Below are positions 19,490 through 29,669 of a stretch of 64,000 nt of DNA, piece after piece. The position numbers were made by a program, and so were the translations under genes. Under the pieces are notes generated by a model, which did no database searches, was not told the DNA's origin, and worked only from the letters and a program-made list of their open reading frames with translations. Position 1 is the stretch's first letter. Every line of letters begins with the position of its first letter. Origin of the DNA: Alphaproteobacteria bacterium (GTDB taxonomy: Bacteria > Pseudomonadota > Alphaproteobacteria > UBA828); the NCBI GenBank assembly GCA_965221125.1, contig CBDCRW010000004.1:192001-256000 (forward strand). The letters run 5' to 3'.

Positions 19490-19614
19490 TTCAGCGGCAA
19501 CGACGGCCCTTCGGTGCATTGTTGCTCATGGCCAAGCGGCATTGTTTCGGCGCACCGCGACTGGCAGCGCGCCGAAATCCTGGCGCCCCATGATCGCCTT
19601 GCAGCGCGCAAATC

Positions 19615-21067
19615 GATCGTGTCCCGAGGAGTGGTGTAAGAGCGTCGCGCTTTACGCGGCATCCGGCGGGTAGGGCCGGGTTATTCAGGCTGCCACAGCG
19701 GACAGCTTGATCGTGGGATTGTCGCTCAGGGGAGCGATCGATTCCAGCGTCATGTACCTCCTTCCGACGGTCCATTCGTCGTTCTGCTCGAGCAGCACGG
19801 CGCCGACGAGGCGGGTGATGGCGTCCTCGTTGGGGAAGATGCCGACGACGTTGGTGCGTCGCTTGATCTCGCCGTTGACGCGTTCGAGCGGGTTGGTCGA
19901 GTGAAGCTTGACCCGGTGCTCCTTGGGGAAGCTCATGTAGGCGAGGACGTCGTGCTGGGCCTCGTCCATGAGGGCCGCCAGCTTGGAGGCCTTGGGCCTG
20001 AGCTGGTCGGCGATCAGGCGCCACTGGGCGGCAGCGGCCTCGGCATCGTCCTGGGCGAAGGCGGTGGCGACGAAGGCGGAGACGACGCGCCGGCCCTGCT
20101 TGCCGGCATGGGCCAGCAGGTTGCGCATGAAGTGGACGCGGCATCTCTGCCAGGTGGCGCCGAGGATCCGGGTGGTGGCGGCCTTCAGGCCCTTGTGGTC
20201 GTCGGAGATCACCAGCTGCACGCCGCGCAGGCCGCGCCTGGTCAGCGAGCGCAGGAACTCGGTCCAGAAGGTCTCGGCCTCGGAGGCGCCGATCGCCATG
20301 CCGAGGATCTCGCGCCGGCCCTGGTCGTTGACCGCGACGGCCACGGTGACCGCGACCGGGACGATGCGCCCGGCCTCGCGCACCTTCACGTAAGTCGCAT
20401 CCAGCCAGAGATAGGGCCAGTCGCCTTCGAGCGGGCGGTCGAGGAAGCTGCGGATCTTGTCGTCTATCTCCCCGCAAAGGCGCGAGACCTGGCTCTTCGA
20501 TATCCCGCTCATGCCCATGGCCTGAACCAGTTCGTCGACCGAGCGGGTCGATACCCCCTGGATGTAGGCCTCCTGGATCACCGCCGTGAGCGCCTTCTCC
20601 GCCGTCCGTCGGGGCTCCAGGAAGCCGGGGAAGTAGCTCCCCTTCCTGAGCTTCGGAATCTTCAGGTCGACCGTGCCGGCCCGGGTCTCCCAAGGCCGAT
20701 CGCGGTAGCCGTTGCGCTGGTTGATCCGCTCCGGCGTCCGCGCGCCATGCTCGGCGCCGGTCAGGCCCTCGACTTCCAGCTCCATAAGGCGCTGCGCAGA
20801 GAAGGCGATCATCTCACGCAGCAGATCGGCGTCAGAGCTCTTCTCCAACAGCGTCCGCAGGGTAAGCTTGTCATCGGTCATCGTGGTTCTCCTTAGGCTC
20901 GGGTCGATTCGGATTCACCCAAACCCTAAACCGGAACCGCGATGGCCACCCCGCTGTGGATAACCGGCTTGGCGCCACCAGACTCGAGGGCGGTCGCGGC
21001 GCCAAGCCGGTTACCCACAGCTACCGGGGGTAGCGGGAGCTCCTACACCACGTCTGGGGACACAACC
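19615..21067 (-). mobile_element. IS256-family insertion sequence, complete
   Basis: Imperfect terminal IRs (gatcgtgtcccgaggagtggtgtaagagc / gctcctacaccacgtctggggacacaacc) flanked by an 8-bp direct repeat CGCAAATC at 19607-19614 and 21068-21075. Confidence 0.92.
19685..20881 (-). CDS. IS256-family DDE transposase
   Basis: [54 protein letters not shown]. Confidence 0.96.
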   Translation of the reverse strand: MTDDKLTLRTLLEKSSDADLLREMIAFSAQRLMELEVEGLTGAEHGARTPERINQRNGYRDRPWETRAGTVDLKIPKLRKGSYFPGFLEPRRTAEKALTAVIQEAYIQGVSTRSVDELVQAMGMSGISKSQVSRLCGEIDDKIRSFLDRPLEGDWPYLWLDATYVKVREAGRIVPVAVTVAVAVNDQGRREILGMAIGASEAETFWTEFLRSLTRRGLRGVQLVISDDHKGLKAATTRILGATWQRCRVHFMRNLLAHAGKQGRRVVSAFVATAFAQDDAEAAAAQWRLIADQLRPKASKLAALMDEAQHDVLAYMSFPKEHRVKLHSTNPLERVNGEIKRRTNVVGIFPNEDAITRLVGAVLLEQNDEWTVGRRYMTLESIAPLSDNPTIKLSAVAA

Positions 21068-21237
21068 CGCAAATCGATCCAGCGCGTAGTCCCAGTCGCT
21101 CGCGACGTGATACGCGGGCGCGGGACTCCAGTTGACAGGCATGATGCCGCGCCGCACGTGAACGGTCGGGCCGCAATGCGGCCGCCTGCCAATTGCTGAT
21201 TGGTGAGAAATTTCCACTGCTGCATCGGAAACTCTAT

Positions 21238-21425
21238 TCAGTCGGCGATGCGTTGCGCCGGTTCGCGAAGTTGTCCGATGGTCCAGTTGGACGCGTAGCC
21301 TTCGGTGACGTCGCTTGACCGGGCATAGTTGACCAGCCGCCTGGTCAGTGATTGCGGCAGAAGAAGGTCGAGAAGCGGCGGGGCACCGCCAGCATGACGG
21401 GGCCGCCGACCTTGAGAAGACTCGT
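21238..21425 (-). pseudogene. Decayed C-terminal fragment of a third tyrosine recombinase
   Basis: 21366->21238 reads LLLPQSLTRRLVNYARSSDVTEGYASNWTIGQLREPAQRIAD*IE, a box II (H...T..Y) region with Tyr at the expected His position and an internal stop. Confidence 0.65.
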
Positions 21426-21502
21426 CGTGTGCGTGTGCGCCTCCAACGTCACAATGAGATTTGACGGCTCGGTACGGGCGGATGAGCGTCAGCGATCATC
21501 GC

Positions 21503-22720
21503 TCAGGAGCCTGTCAGATGAAGATGTCCACCGTCCTTCCCGCGGTGCCTGTAAAGGTCCGCCCCGATGCTGGCTGCGACCTTGGCCGCGGACTCCTTGA
21601 CGGAATCGCGCGCCAGGTGCGCGTAGCGCGCGGTGGTCTCGACCTGCGTGTGGCCCAGCAGCCTGCCGATCATCGGCAGACTCTCGCCGAGCGCCAATGC
21701 ACGCGAGGCCCAGGAATGACGCAGGTCATGAAGCCGTACGTCTTCCAGTCCGGCGCGTCGGCGGATGATGTCCCAGGGCTGGCTGAGGTTGTGCAGGTGC
21801 GTGCCGCGCTTCCTGCTCACGATCACCCAGGGATTGTCCGGAACGCGCGGCAGATCGGTCAGCACCCGCGCTGCCGCCGGCGACAGAGGCAGCGCTCGGG
21901 GACCCGTTTTCGAATCGGCGAGGTGCAGCACCTTCGCCTCAAGGTCCACATCGGTCCAGCGCAGGCGCAGAATCTCGCTGCGACGGCACCCCGTCAACAT
22001 CAACAGGCGCAGCGCGGCAACCGCGTACCGTGACGCGCCGCCCTCGTGGGCGGCCTCGGCCAGCACGCGACCAAGGCGGCGAAACTCCTCTTCGGTGAGA
22101 AAGCGCTCGTGCTTGCGGGCCTTGTACTTCGGAAACGAGCGGCACGGATTGGTCCCCTCCGGCACCAGTTCCCACGCCTCCGCCCGATTGAACATCCGGG
22201 ACAGGACGGCCACCACGTGGTTCGCCGTGGCAGGCCGGTCGCGTAGCCGGAAATGAATGTCGGCAACCTGCTTGCGCTCAAGCGCCTCGATGGGAACGTG
22301 GCCCAGCTCGGGAACGATATGGTTCTTCAGCAGCAGGCGGCACAACTCCACCGTCTTTGGCTTGCAGCGGACCGCCACGTGCTCCGTCAGGTAGCGCTCA
22401 GCCAGCGCAGCAATCGTCGGTCCCTCCGGCCTGGACGTTTCGGGATTCGACGGGTTCAAATCCTCTCCCGCCTTGATGCGCGTGATCGTCTGCGCTGCTC
22501 GCTGGCGCGCCTGCTCGGCCGTCAATACGCCGTGGCGGCCTATCGTGACCCGCCTCGACTTCCCCTTGGCGCGGGCCTGCACGATGTAAACCTTCTTGCC
22601 TGACGCATAGGCGCGCACGCCGAAGCCCGAAAGCTCCCGGTCCCAGAAGATCGTGTCCTGCTCCACCTCCAGCGCCTCGACCATGCGTTTCGAGATCGAC
22701 CTGTAGCGCAGCTTAGCCAT
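21503..22720 (-). CDS. Tyrosine recombinase/integrase with N-terminal arm-binding (DUF4102-like) domain
   Basis: FWDRELSGFGVR N-terminus; catalytic R (TGCRRSE), K (DSKTG), HDLRH, LGH...TARY all intact. Confidence 0.93.
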   Translation of the reverse strand: MAKLRYRSISKRMVEALEVEQDTIFWDRELSGFGVRAYASGKKVYIVQARAKGKSRRVTIGRHGVLTAEQARQRAAQTITRIKAGEDLNPSNPETSRPEGPTIAALAERYLTEHVAVRCKPKTVELCRLLLKNHIVPELGHVPIEALERKQVADIHFRLRDRPATANHVVAVLSRMFNRAEAWELVPEGTNPCRSFPKYKARKHERFLTEEEFRRLGRVLAEAAHEGGASRYAVAALRLLMLTGCRRSEILRLRWTDVDLEAKVLHLADSKTGPRALPLSPAAARVLTDLPRVPDNPWVIVSRKRGTHLHNLSQPWDIIRRRAGLEDVRLHDLRHSWASRALALGESLPMIGRLLGHTQVETTARYAHLARDSVKESAAKVAASIGADLYRHRGKDGGHLHLTGS

Positions 22721-22756
22721 GGCGCGCGGCGTCCTCCGTGCCCGATCCCCAAGCCA

Positions 22757-23947
22757 TCATGCTGCCTCGGAGCTCGGACTCATGATGTCGGCCTCGATGC
22801 TGCCCGCCACCTTGGCCGCCGAGACCTTCTCCGTGTCCTGCGCCAGGTGAGCGTAGCGTGCCGTCGTCTGGACCTGCGTGTGACCGAGTTGCCTGCCTAT
22901 CATCGGCAGGCTCTCCCCGAGAGCCAGCGCGCGCGAGGCCCAGCTATGTCGAAGGTCGTGGAGGCGCACGTCTTCAAGGTCGGCCTGCACCCGCAAGCGA
23001 TACCAGAGGTCGTTGACGTTCCTCAGGTGCTTTCCCGGCCTCTTTCCCACGATCACCCAGGGATTGTCCGGCTTGCGTGGGAGGGCGTCCAGTACCGCCG
23101 CCGCGGTGGGGGTCAGCGGCACCATCCGCCCTCCCGTCTTCGCGTCCCTGAGGCGCAGCTCGCCGGAGGTCCGGTCAACGTCGTCCCATCGCAACGACAG
23201 GATCTCGTTGCGCCTGCATCCGGTCAGGATCAGCAGGCGGATCGCGGCGATGGCGGGGCTCCAGGCCGCGCCCTCTGCCTCGGCCTCGTCCAGGACCCTG
23301 CCCAGGCGCTGGTACTCTTCGGCGCTCAGAAACCGCTGCGGCCTGCGCTCCTTGTACTTGCGAACCGACCGGCACGGGTTCCGACCCTGCGGGTGAAGAC
23401 CCCAAACCTCCGCCAAGTTGAACATCTTCTTCAGAATGTCGACCGACCTGTTCGCCGTGCTCGGCCGGTCACGCAGCGCATGGTGCAAGTCCGCCACATG
23501 CGCGCGCTCGACCGAGCCGATGGGCATTGAACCGAGCACAGGCAGGATCCTGTTCCTGAGCAGCCCCCCATAGCGCACCGCCGTCGCCGGCTTGCAGTTC
23601 ACCGCCACATGGGCGCGCATGAAGCGGTCGGCCAGATCGGCTACGGTCGGGCCCGTGTCCTTCTCAGGCTCGGCGGGAACTGGCTCAAGCCCGGTCTTGA
23701 TCCTGTCGATGATCCCGGCGGCACGCTGGCGCGCCTGGTCTGCGGTGATCTGCCCGTGCCGGCCCAGCGTGACCCGCCTGGAACCGCGCGGCCCCCGGCT
23801 CTGGACGACATAGACCTTCTGGCCCGAGGGGTAGATGCGCACCCCGAAGCCCTGCAAGTCCCGGTCCCAGAAGATGGTGTCCCTATCCTCGACGGAGAGG
23901 GCATCGACAGTCCGCTTGGAGATTGCGCGTTCCTGGCGCTGTGACAT
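22757..23947 (-). CDS. Tyrosine recombinase/integrase with N-terminal arm-binding (DUF4102-like) domain, paralog of 21503-22720
   Basis: FWDRDLQGFGVR; TGCRRNE, DAKTG, HDLRH, LGH...TARY intact. Confidence 0.93.
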   Translation of the reverse strand: MSQRQERAISKRTVDALSVEDRDTIFWDRDLQGFGVRIYPSGQKVYVVQSRGPRGSRRVTLGRHGQITADQARQRAAGIIDRIKTGLEPVPAEPEKDTGPTVADLADRFMRAHVAVNCKPATAVRYGGLLRNRILPVLGSMPIGSVERAHVADLHHALRDRPSTANRSVDILKKMFNLAEVWGLHPQGRNPCRSVRKYKERRPQRFLSAEEYQRLGRVLDEAEAEGAAWSPAIAAIRLLILTGCRRNEILSLRWDDVDRTSGELRLRDAKTGGRMVPLTPTAAAVLDALPRKPDNPWVIVGKRPGKHLRNVNDLWYRLRVQADLEDVRLHDLRHSWASRALALGESLPMIGRQLGHTQVQTTARYAHLAQDTEKVSAAKVAGSIEADIMSPSSEAA

Positions 23948-24232
23948 AAAATCAACATATCCTTGACTGTCGAGCGCAGGCGTTCATTCGTGGGACAACC
24001 ATGGTCAGGAAGCCTGTGGCGACCCGCGTCTGCCGCGCCGCGCCGGCCTGCGCTCGGTGCCTCAATCGCGTCCGCCACCGCGTGGTCGAACGCCTCGAAC
24101 ACGCCCGGAGAGGGTACACAATCCCGTAAGCGCCACGCAAGCGAGCGACGCAGAATGGTTGCGTAGGCCTGCATACGCTAATCACAAATCCGATACAGAG
24201 GGTAGGGGGAGAGAGGGGCGATAAGGATATAA

Positions 24233-24245
24233 AATCAATTATTTA
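24233..24245 (+). promoter_or_regulatory. Putative IHF binding site at the island end
   Basis: AATCAATTATTTA matches WATCAANNNNTTR exactly, in an AT-rich patch upstream of the integrases. Confidence 0.5.
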
Positions 24246-24559
24246 CAGAAGACGAACGTAATCAGGGGTTACACATGACACATGGGTGAAGCGCTTTCTT
24301 ATGCTGTGCGCTTCCTTCTTTATGCTCCCATCCTCTTCATTCGCGCGATCTAGAGAGTTCCATGCATGGATCAGCGGCGGAGCGTCTCTCACGCAGCGCG
24401 ACCCGCCACGCCGAGACAATGGTACACGCGGGGTCTGTAGCGCAACCCTGCTCCTAACGAAATTATGACCGAATTCAGCCATCAAGAGCTTTTCTTGTCG
24501 TGTTGTGATGAAAACGCCACAGCTGTTGGCATTGTCGCCCACCCCACGGCGTCAGGCGT

Positions 24560-25252
24560 TCACCCCGCGCTTGAATCCAGGGCGTAGCCGGCCGAGCGGA
24601 CGGTCCGGATCAGGTCGGGGCGCCGGTCCGCGTTGAGCGCCTGCCTCAGCCGGCGCACGTGCACGTCGACCGTCCGGCTCTCGATGAAGATGTCCGGCCC
24701 CCAGACGGAATCGAGAAGCTGCTCGCGCGAGAAGACGCGCCCCGGATGCTCCATCAGGTGGCGCAGCAGGCGGAACTCGGTCGGGCCCAGGTGCACCGGC
24801 GCATCCCCCCGCGTGACCCTGTGGGCGGCGAGGTCCATCGTGAGGTCGTCGTAGCGCAGCGTCTCGTCGCCGAGCGCCGGGCGCATGCGGCGCAGGATCG
24901 CGCGGATGCGGGCCAGAAGCTCGGCCGGGGAGAAGGGCTTGACCACGTAGTCGTCGGCGCCGCCGTCGAGGCCGCGCACCCTGTCCGCCTCCTCGCCCCG
25001 CGCCGTCAGCATGATGATGGGGAGCGGCCGCGCGTCGGGCTTGCGCCTGATCCTGCGGCAGACCTCGATGCCGGAAAGCGTCGGCAGCATCCAGTCGAGC
25101 ACCATCAGGTCGGGGCGCCGCTCGTCCACCATGAGCAGCGCCTCTTCGCCGTCCACGGCCTCGCCCACCTCGAAGCCGCCCTTCTCCAGGTTGTAGCGGA
25201 GCAGCGTGAGCAGCGCCGCCTCGTCCTCGACGATCAGGATGTAGGGCTTCAT
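24560..25252 (-). CDS. phoB: Phosphate regulon response regulator PhoB
   Basis: LDWMLP, GADDYVVKPFS, LGPTEFRLL, RTVDVHVRRLR; last gene of pst-phoU operon. Confidence 0.96.
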   Translation of the reverse strand: MKPYILIVEDEAALLTLLRYNLEKGGFEVGEAVDGEEALLMVDERRPDLMVLDWMLPTLSGIEVCRRIRRKPDARPLPIIMLTARGEEADRVRGLDGGADDYVVKPFSPAELLARIRAILRRMRPALGDETLRYDDLTMDLAAHRVTRGDAPVHLGPTEFRLLRHLMEHPGRVFSREQLLDSVWGPDIFIESRTVDVHVRRLRQALNADRRPDLIRTVRSAGYALDSSAG

Positions 25253-25977
25253 GACGCCGCCGCCTCCGATTCATCGTCGTCCTGGTGGAAGGACGTGACG
25301 TCGCCCTTCGGCCGCTCCTCTTCCACCGGCGTTCCGGTCACCACGTAGCTCACGATCTCGGCGATGTTGGTCGCGTGATCGCCGATCCGCTCGATGTTCT
25401 TGGCGATGAAGAGCAGGTGCGCGCACGGCGTGATGCGGCGCGGGTCCTCCATCATGTAGGTCAGCAGCTCGCGGAACAGGCTGTTGTAGGATTCGTCGAC
25501 GTCCTCGTCCCGCCGCCAGACCGCCATCGCCCGCTCCACGTCGCGGTCTCTGAAGGAATCCAGCACGTCCTTGATCATGCCCTGGGCGATGCCCGCCATG
25601 CGCGAGATCGCGTGAGTGAGCCGGATGGGATCGATATCCTGGATCGCGATGGAGCGCTTGGCGACGTTGGCGGCGTAGTCCCCCATGCGCTCCAGGTCGC
25701 TCGCCACCTTGAGCGAGGCGGTGATGACGCGCAGATCCACCGCCACCGGCTGCCGCAGCGCCAGAATTCGCACGGCGAGCTGGTCGATTTCCGCCTCCAG
25801 CGCGTCCACCCGGCGGTCCTCGGTGATGACGCGCGAGGCCAGATCGTCGTCGCGGCGGACCAGTGCCACGATCGAATCGGCAAGCTGCTGCTCGACGATG
25901 CCGCCCATCTCGAGGATCGCGTTGTCCATGCGATCCAGCTCTTCGTCGTAGGCCTTGACCGTGTGCTCGGCAGCCAT
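25249..25977 (-). CDS. phoU: Phosphate signalling protein PhoU
   Basis: RQPVAVDLR, DLERMGDYA, ERIGDHATNIAE. Confidence 0.96.
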   Translation of the reverse strand: MAAEHTVKAYDEELDRMDNAILEMGGIVEQQLADSIVALVRRDDDLASRVITEDRRVDALEAEIDQLAVRILALRQPVAVDLRVITASLKVASDLERMGDYAANVAKRSIAIQDIDPIRLTHAISRMAGIAQGMIKDVLDSFRDRDVERAMAVWRRDEDVDESYNSLFRELLTYMMEDPRRITPCAHLLFIAKNIERIGDHATNIAEIVSYVVTGTPVEEERPKGDVTSFHQDDDESEAAAS

Positions 25978-26006
25978 CGGTCGCTCTCCCTATGCTCTAC
26001 CCGCGC

Positions 26007-26858
<852 letters not shown>

Positions 26859-26877
26859 GATAGCACTCCTTGCCCGC

Positions 26878-28188
26878 TCACCAGCGGATCTCGAACCGGC
26901 GCCGGAGGTAGATCGCCACTCCGTTCATCAGGATCAGGAACGCCAGCAGCACCAGAATCGCCGCCGAGACTTTCTCGACGAAACCCCGCTCCGGGCTGTC
27001 CGCCCAGAGGAAGATCTGCACCGGCAGCGCCGTCGCGGGATCGAACGGGCCGCCCGGAATGTCGACGATGAAGGCGACCATCCCGATCATGAGCAGCGGC
27101 GCGGTCTCGCCCAGCGCGCGCGCCATGCCGATGATCGTCCCGGTGAGGATGCCGGGCGTCGCGAGCGGCAGCACGTGGTGGAAGACCACCTGGATCGGCG
27201 AGGCGCCGACGCCGTAGGCGCCCTCGCGGATCGACGGCGGCACCGCCTTCAGCGCGGAGCGGGCCGCGATGATGATCGTCGGCAGGGTCATCAGCGTGAG
27301 TGTGAGCCCGCCCACGATGGGCGCGGAGCGGGGCAGGTGGAACAGGTTGATGAAGACCGCAAGCCCGAGCAGGCCGAACACGATGGACGGCACCGCCGCG
27401 AGGTTGTTGATGTTGACCTCGATCAGGTCGGTGACCCGGTTCTTGGGCGCGAATTCCTCGAGGTAGATCGCCGCCGTCACGCCGATGGGGAAGGTCAGCA
27501 CCAGGGTCACCAGCAGCATGTAGAACGAGCCTGCAATCGCGCCGCCGATGCCGGCGATCTCGGGCTCCCGCGAGTCCGCGTTGACGAAGAACGCGCCGTT
27601 GAACCCGGTCTCGATGAAGCCCGAGGCATCCAGCGTGTCGATCCACGCGATCTGCCGGTCGCTGAGGCGGCGTTCGTCCTCCGGCACGTCGCGGGGCGCG
27701 CTGCCCTTGATCAGCATGTCCACGTCGCTGGATGCGGTGAGCCAGACGCGCCGCGTGGTGCCGACGATCGAGGGGTCGTCCACGACGAGCTCCCGCAGCT
27801 CGAAGCGCGCGGCCGTGCTCACGAGCTTCAGCAGCTTGCGCCGCTCCTTCCGCGCCGTCACGTCGGGGAAGGCGGCAAAGACGGATTCGCGCAGGAGCTT
27901 GCCGTAGTCCGCCTTTCGCAGCTCTTCCGCGCTCGCTGCCTCGCCGACGCCGAGGACGTCCGGATCGAAATCGACCTCCAGCGCGACCGAGGTGCGCACG
28001 AAGGCCGGATAGCCCTCGGCGATGACGCTGCCGATCAGGAGCGCGAGGAAGGCGAGCGCCACGGCCACGGCGATGATGCCGTAGGCCTTGAAGCGCCGCT
28101 CGGCGCGGTAGCGCCGGCGCAGCCTGCGCTTCGTCCAGTCAGCGTCCTGCCAGGCGCCGCCGAGCGCCGGTTCCGCGAGGTCAGTCAT
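26878..28188 (-). CDS. pstA: Phosphate ABC transporter permease PstA
   Basis: [27 protein letters not shown]; N-terminal DUF3333-like extension. Confidence 0.95.
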   Translation of the reverse strand: MTDLAEPALGGAWQDADWTKRRLRRRYRAERRFKAYGIIAVAVALAFLALLIGSVIAEGYPAFVRTSVALEVDFDPDVLGVGEAASAEELRKADYGKLLRESVFAAFPDVTARKERRKLLKLVSTAARFELRELVVDDPSIVGTTRRVWLTASSDVDMLIKGSAPRDVPEDERRLSDRQIAWIDTLDASGFIETGFNGAFFVNADSREPEIAGIGGAIAGSFYMLLVTLVLTFPIGVTAAIYLEEFAPKNRVTDLIEVNINNLAAVPSIVFGLLGLAVFINLFHLPRSAPIVGGLTLTLMTLPTIIIAARSALKAVPPSIREGAYGVGASPIQVVFHHVLPLATPGILTGTIIGMARALGETAPLLMIGMVAFIVDIPGGPFDPATALPVQIFLWADSPERGFVEKVSAAILVLLAFLILMNGVAIYLRRRFEIRW

Positions 28189-29563
28189 ACTGCTCCCAGT
28201 ACTTGCGCGCGATGTGGAGCGCGAAGACGTTGAGCGCGAGCGTCACGACGAAGAGCATCAGGCCGAGCGCGAAGGCGGCGAGCGTCTTGGCGCTGTCGAA
28301 CTCCTGATCGCCCACCAGCAGCGTCACGATCTGCACCGTGACGGTGGTGACCGCGTCCAGCGGATTGGCCGTGAGATTGGCGGCGAGACCGGCAGCCATG
28401 ACCACGATCATGGTCTCGCCGATGGCGCGGCTCACCGCGAGCAGGCAGGCGGCGACGATGCCGGGCAGCGCCGCCGGCAGGATCACCCGCACCACCGTCT
28501 CCGACCTGGTGGCTCCCATGGCGAGCGAGCCCTCGCGCAGCGAGTTGGGCACCGCGACGATGGCGTCGTCGCTCAGCGACGAGATGAAGGGGATGATCAT
28601 GATGCCCATGACGACGCCGGCGGCGAGCGCGCTCTCGGACGCCACATCCAGGCCGATGGATTCGCCGATGCCCCTGACCGCCGGCGCCACCACCAGCGCC
28701 GCGAAGAAGCCGTAGACCACGGTCGGCACGCCGGCCAGGATCTCCAGGATCGGCTTGGTGATGTTGCGGAACCGGGGGCTCGCGAACTCGGCCATGTAGA
28801 TGGCGGCGAAGAGGCCGACCGGCAGCGCCACCAGCATCGCGATCAGCGTGATCATCAGCGTGCCGGTGAAGAGCGGGATGGCGCCGAACGCGCCGGTGCT
28901 GCCCACCTGATCGGCGCGGATGGCAGTCTGCGGGCTCCACTGCAGGCCGAAGAGGAAGTCCCAGAACGGAATGATCGAGAAGAAACGGATCGATTCGAAC
29001 AGCACCGAGAGGACGATGCCGATGGTGGTGACGATGGCGACGCAGGAGGAAAGGATGAGCACGATGTTGACCACCCGCTCGACCTTGTTGCGCGCGCGCA
29101 GGCCGGGGGAGATGCGCCGCCAGGCCCAGGCGAAGCCGGCCCCGGCGAGGGCCACGCCGATCGCGAGCACCGCCGCGTGCGCCGTCGCCTTCATGCTGGC
29201 GTAGCGGTCCGCCGCCGCCTGCAATGCCGGGTCGACCTCGCGGCTCACCACGTCGCCCGAAGCCAGGTTGCGCACGTCGTTGAGCAGCAGGCCGATCATC
29301 GCCTCCGACTGCTCCGCCGCCACGGGGCCGAGGTAGGAGAGCAGCAGCGCCTCCAGGATCGGCGCCTCGATGATCAGCCAGACGACGAGGACGATACCCG
29401 ATGGGATGCCGCACCAGAGCGCCACGTACCAGCCGTGATAGCTCGGCATGGAGTGGAGCCGGCTGAGGTTGGTGCCGGCAGCGCGAAGCGCCCGCCTGCG
29501 GCCGAAAAAGAGGCCGATGAGCACCAGCGCCAGGATCGCGATAAGGAGGATGGTGAGCTGCAC
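28181..29563 (-). CDS. pstC: Phosphate ABC transporter permease PstC
   Basis: EILAGVPTVVYGFF, SRAIGETMIV; GTG start. Confidence 0.95.
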   Translation of the reverse strand: MQLTILLIAILALVLIGLFFGRRRALRAAGTNLSRLHSMPSYHGWYVALWCGIPSGIVLVVWLIIEAPILEALLLSYLGPVAAEQSEAMIGLLLNDVRNLASGDVVSREVDPALQAAADRYASMKATAHAAVLAIGVALAGAGFAWAWRRISPGLRARNKVERVVNIVLILSSCVAIVTTIGIVLSVLFESIRFFSIIPFWDFLFGLQWSPQTAIRADQVGSTGAFGAIPLFTGTLMITLIAMLVALPVGLFAAIYMAEFASPRFRNITKPILEILAGVPTVVYGFFAALVVAPAVRGIGESIGLDVASESALAAGVVMGIMIIPFISSLSDDAIVAVPNSLREGSLAMGATRSETVVRVILPAALPGIVAACLLAVSRAIGETMIVVMAAGLAANLTANPLDAVTTVTVQIVTLLVGDQEFDSAKTLAAFALGLMLFVVTLALNVFALHIARKYWEQYD

Positions 29564-29651
29564 GCCCTCGGCCGCCCCTGCACCTTGCGCCCGGTCGAAC
29601 GGACGCCAGCCCGACTCTGCGAACGGGCCGATTCAGGGATACGTCAGTTTC

Positions 29652-29669
29652 GTTACGATTTCGTGACGC
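29652..29669 (-). promoter_or_regulatory. Putative Pho box upstream of pstC, overlapping the phoR stop
   Basis: Minus strand gcGTCACgaaatcGTAAC: two half-sites at 11-bp spacing, resembling the CTGTCAT-N4-CTGTCAC consensus. Confidence 0.6.

Noticed and set aside
21238-23947. Canonical RIT element or prophage
   Set aside because: The integrases carry arm-binding domains and are paralogous, unlike RitABC; no long terminal IRs or phage structural genes were seen.
24020-24120. Possible further integrase C-terminal remnant (minus strand PGVFEAFDHAVADAIEA)
   Set aside because: The resemblance to P4-type box II is weak, lacks the catalytic Tyr, and cannot be supported without a search.
24250-24330. 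Complete tRNA gene next to the integrases
   Set aside because: Only an 11-nt tRNA-like stretch is present; no D-arm, TTCGA T-loop or acceptor stem.
24243-24542. 99-aa and 60-aa ORFs in the AT-richer gap before the phoB end
   Set aside because: No motifs, atypical codon usage and no clear RBS; treated as non-coding or decayed sequence.
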